This document shows positions 62,714 to 64,000 of a DNA stretch of 64,000 bases, piece after piece. The translations under genes were made by a program, and so were the position numbers. How positions within the stretch are numbered: the first letter of the stretch is position 1; each line of letters starts with the position of its first letter. Under the pieces are notes generated by a model. The model was given only the letters and a program-made list of their open reading frames with translations. It searched no databases and was not told where the DNA came from. The DNA is taken from positions 1,312,001 through 1,376,000 of the forward strand of contig OY970166.1 in the NCBI GenBank assembly GCA_963706595.1. The letters run 5' to 3'. This stretch comes from an uncultured cyanobacterium (lineage in GTDB: Bacteria > Cyanobacteriota > Cyanobacteriia > Cyanobacteriales > Nostocaceae).

Positions 62714-62744
62714 CAGCCTGCCGCAAGTGGTAGGCTGTGTTTTT
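62714..62744 (+). terminator. Intrinsic terminator after ppsA
   Basis: CAGCCTGCCGC-AA-GTGGTAGGCTG followed by TGTTTTT. Confidence 0.65.
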
Positions 62745-62783
62745 AGATTAGATTTAGATATTCTGTTCTCAAAGAAATTACTA

Positions 62784-64000
62784 ATGAATACAACAACAAC
62801 TCCGCCCAAACGATTAGACCCTGAATTGTGGCAGAAATTTCTCAAAGTTGCCAAACCCTACTGGTTTTCTGAACAAAAATGGAAAGCGAGGGGATTACTA
62901 GGACTTTTGCTACTCTTGGCATTAGCCGTTAATGCGATTAATGTGGGTATTAGCTTTATTTTCCGTAATATTGATACTTCTCTGGCAACTTTTCCCCAAA
63001 CTAAAGATGCGTCAATTTTTTGGCGCTTCATTGCTATTTATGCTGGGTTGTTAGTCATTGGTACTCCCATTGTCGTCATGTATGGTTATCTACAAGACAA
63101 ATTGGGATTGCAATGGCGGGAGTGGTTGACAAATCATTTTCTCGATAAATATTTCCAAAATCGGGCTTATTACCAGATTAATTTTAATCAAAAAATTGAT
63201 AACCCAGACCAACGAATTGCTGAAGATATCAGGTCATTTACTCGCACCAGTTTATCTTTTACACTGCTGATTTTGACTTCAATTATTACTTTAATCTCTT
63301 TCACTGGGGTTTTATTATCGATCTCAGTTTCTTTATCAGTGGCGCTGGTCATTTATGCAATTCTGGGGACATTTGTCACGGCTTGGATTGGTCAACGATT
63401 AATTGGCATTAACTTCAATCAACTTAAACGCGAAGCTGATTTTCGGTATGGACTCATTCATGTGCGAGATAATGCCGAATCTATTGCTTTTTATCAAGGT
63501 GAAACTGAAGAAATACTTCAGCTAAAACAGCGTTTTATCCGCGCCATTGTCAATTTTGATTTATTGATAAATTGGCAACGTAATTTAGGTTTCTTTACGA
63601 CTAGCTATAACTATTTTGTTTCTGCGTTACCTTATTTGGTGATTGCACCTATTTACTTTGCGGGTCAGACTGATTTTGGGACATTCACTCAAGCGGCGAT
63701 CGCCTTCAATCAAATTTTTCGAGCTTTATCTGTGGTAGTGGGTCAATTTGAAAGCTTAACAGCTTTTGCAGCCGGTATTGAACGGATGGGCGACTTAGAC
63801 GAGGTTCTGGATGCCACAGACCAACACCAGCCAGGAAAGAGGACTATTGATGTCACAGAAGCTGCTGAGATTGAATTGCGTAGCGTCACCTTATTGACTC
63901 CCAACTATGAACGCACTTTGGTTCGGGATCTACCATTCAGGTTACAGTCAGGAGAGGGTTTAGTCATTGTCGGCAATAGTGGTAGTGGTAAGAGTTCTTT
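62784..64000 (+). CDS. ABCD/SbmA-like fused ABC transporter permease/ATPase; 3' end outside the window
   Basis: MNTTTTPPKRLD..AKPYW, IDNPDQRIAED, EADFRYGLIHVRDNAESIAFY, Walker A GNSGSGKS at the window end. Confidence 0.92.
   Translation, partial: MNTTTTPPKRLDPELWQKFLKVAKPYWFSEQKWKARGLLGLLLLLALAVNAINVGISFIFRNIDTSLATFPQTKDASIFWRFIAIYAGLLVIGTPIVVMYGYLQDKLGLQWREWLTNHFLDKYFQNRAYYQINFNQKIDNPDQRIAEDIRSFTRTSLSFTLLILTSIITLISFTGVLLSISVSLSVALVIYAILGTFVTAWIGQRLIGINFNQLKREADFRYGLIHVRDNAESIAFYQGETEEILQLKQRFIRAIVNFDLLINWQRNLGFFTTSYNYFVSALPYLVIAPIYFAGQTDFGTFTQAAIAFNQIFRALSVVVGQFESLTAFAAGIERMGDLDEVLDATDQHQPGKRTIDVTEAAEIELRSVTLLTPNYERTLVRDLPFRLQSGEGLVIVGNSGSGKSS

Noticed and set aside
1..64000. tRNA, rRNA, transposase, integrase, reverse transcriptase
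   Set aside because: No such signature was recognised by eye in the sequence or the ORF track

Overview
Chromosomal segment of a filamentous cyanobacterium, very likely Nostocales. Evidence: many HIP1 octamers (GCGATCGC), heptameric STRR arrays, ndhS and GUN4/Tic20/DUF29/Uma2 family genes. The backbone is housekeeping: frmA-fghA, avtA-rimM, ndhS, uxs-ugd, recG, tsf-rpsB, argG, rpsF, glyA, cinA, ppsA. Accessory loci sit between these genes: (1) a caspase-pseudocaspase-nSTAND-TM-WD40 NLR-like gene running off the left edge, directly behind a small secreted protein gene; (2) a Ser/Thr kinase enclosed by near-identical ~170-bp inverted repeats; (3) a 22.7-25.3 kb toxin-antitoxin islet with two dead antitoxins, an intact HicAB pair, 31-bp tandem repeats and a small ORF opposed by a predicted antisense RNA carrying duplicated hairpins; (4) phoX with a Pho box, followed by a small secreted pilin-like protein and a large outer-membrane beta-barrel gene; (5) a KAP NTPase-GUN4 fusion whose 3' end looks like a diversity-generating-retroelement variable region. 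Many MITE/REP-like elements fill the intergenic space. No CRISPR array, rRNA, tRNA, transposase or reverse transcriptase was found. All family assignments come from motif recognition, not database searches.
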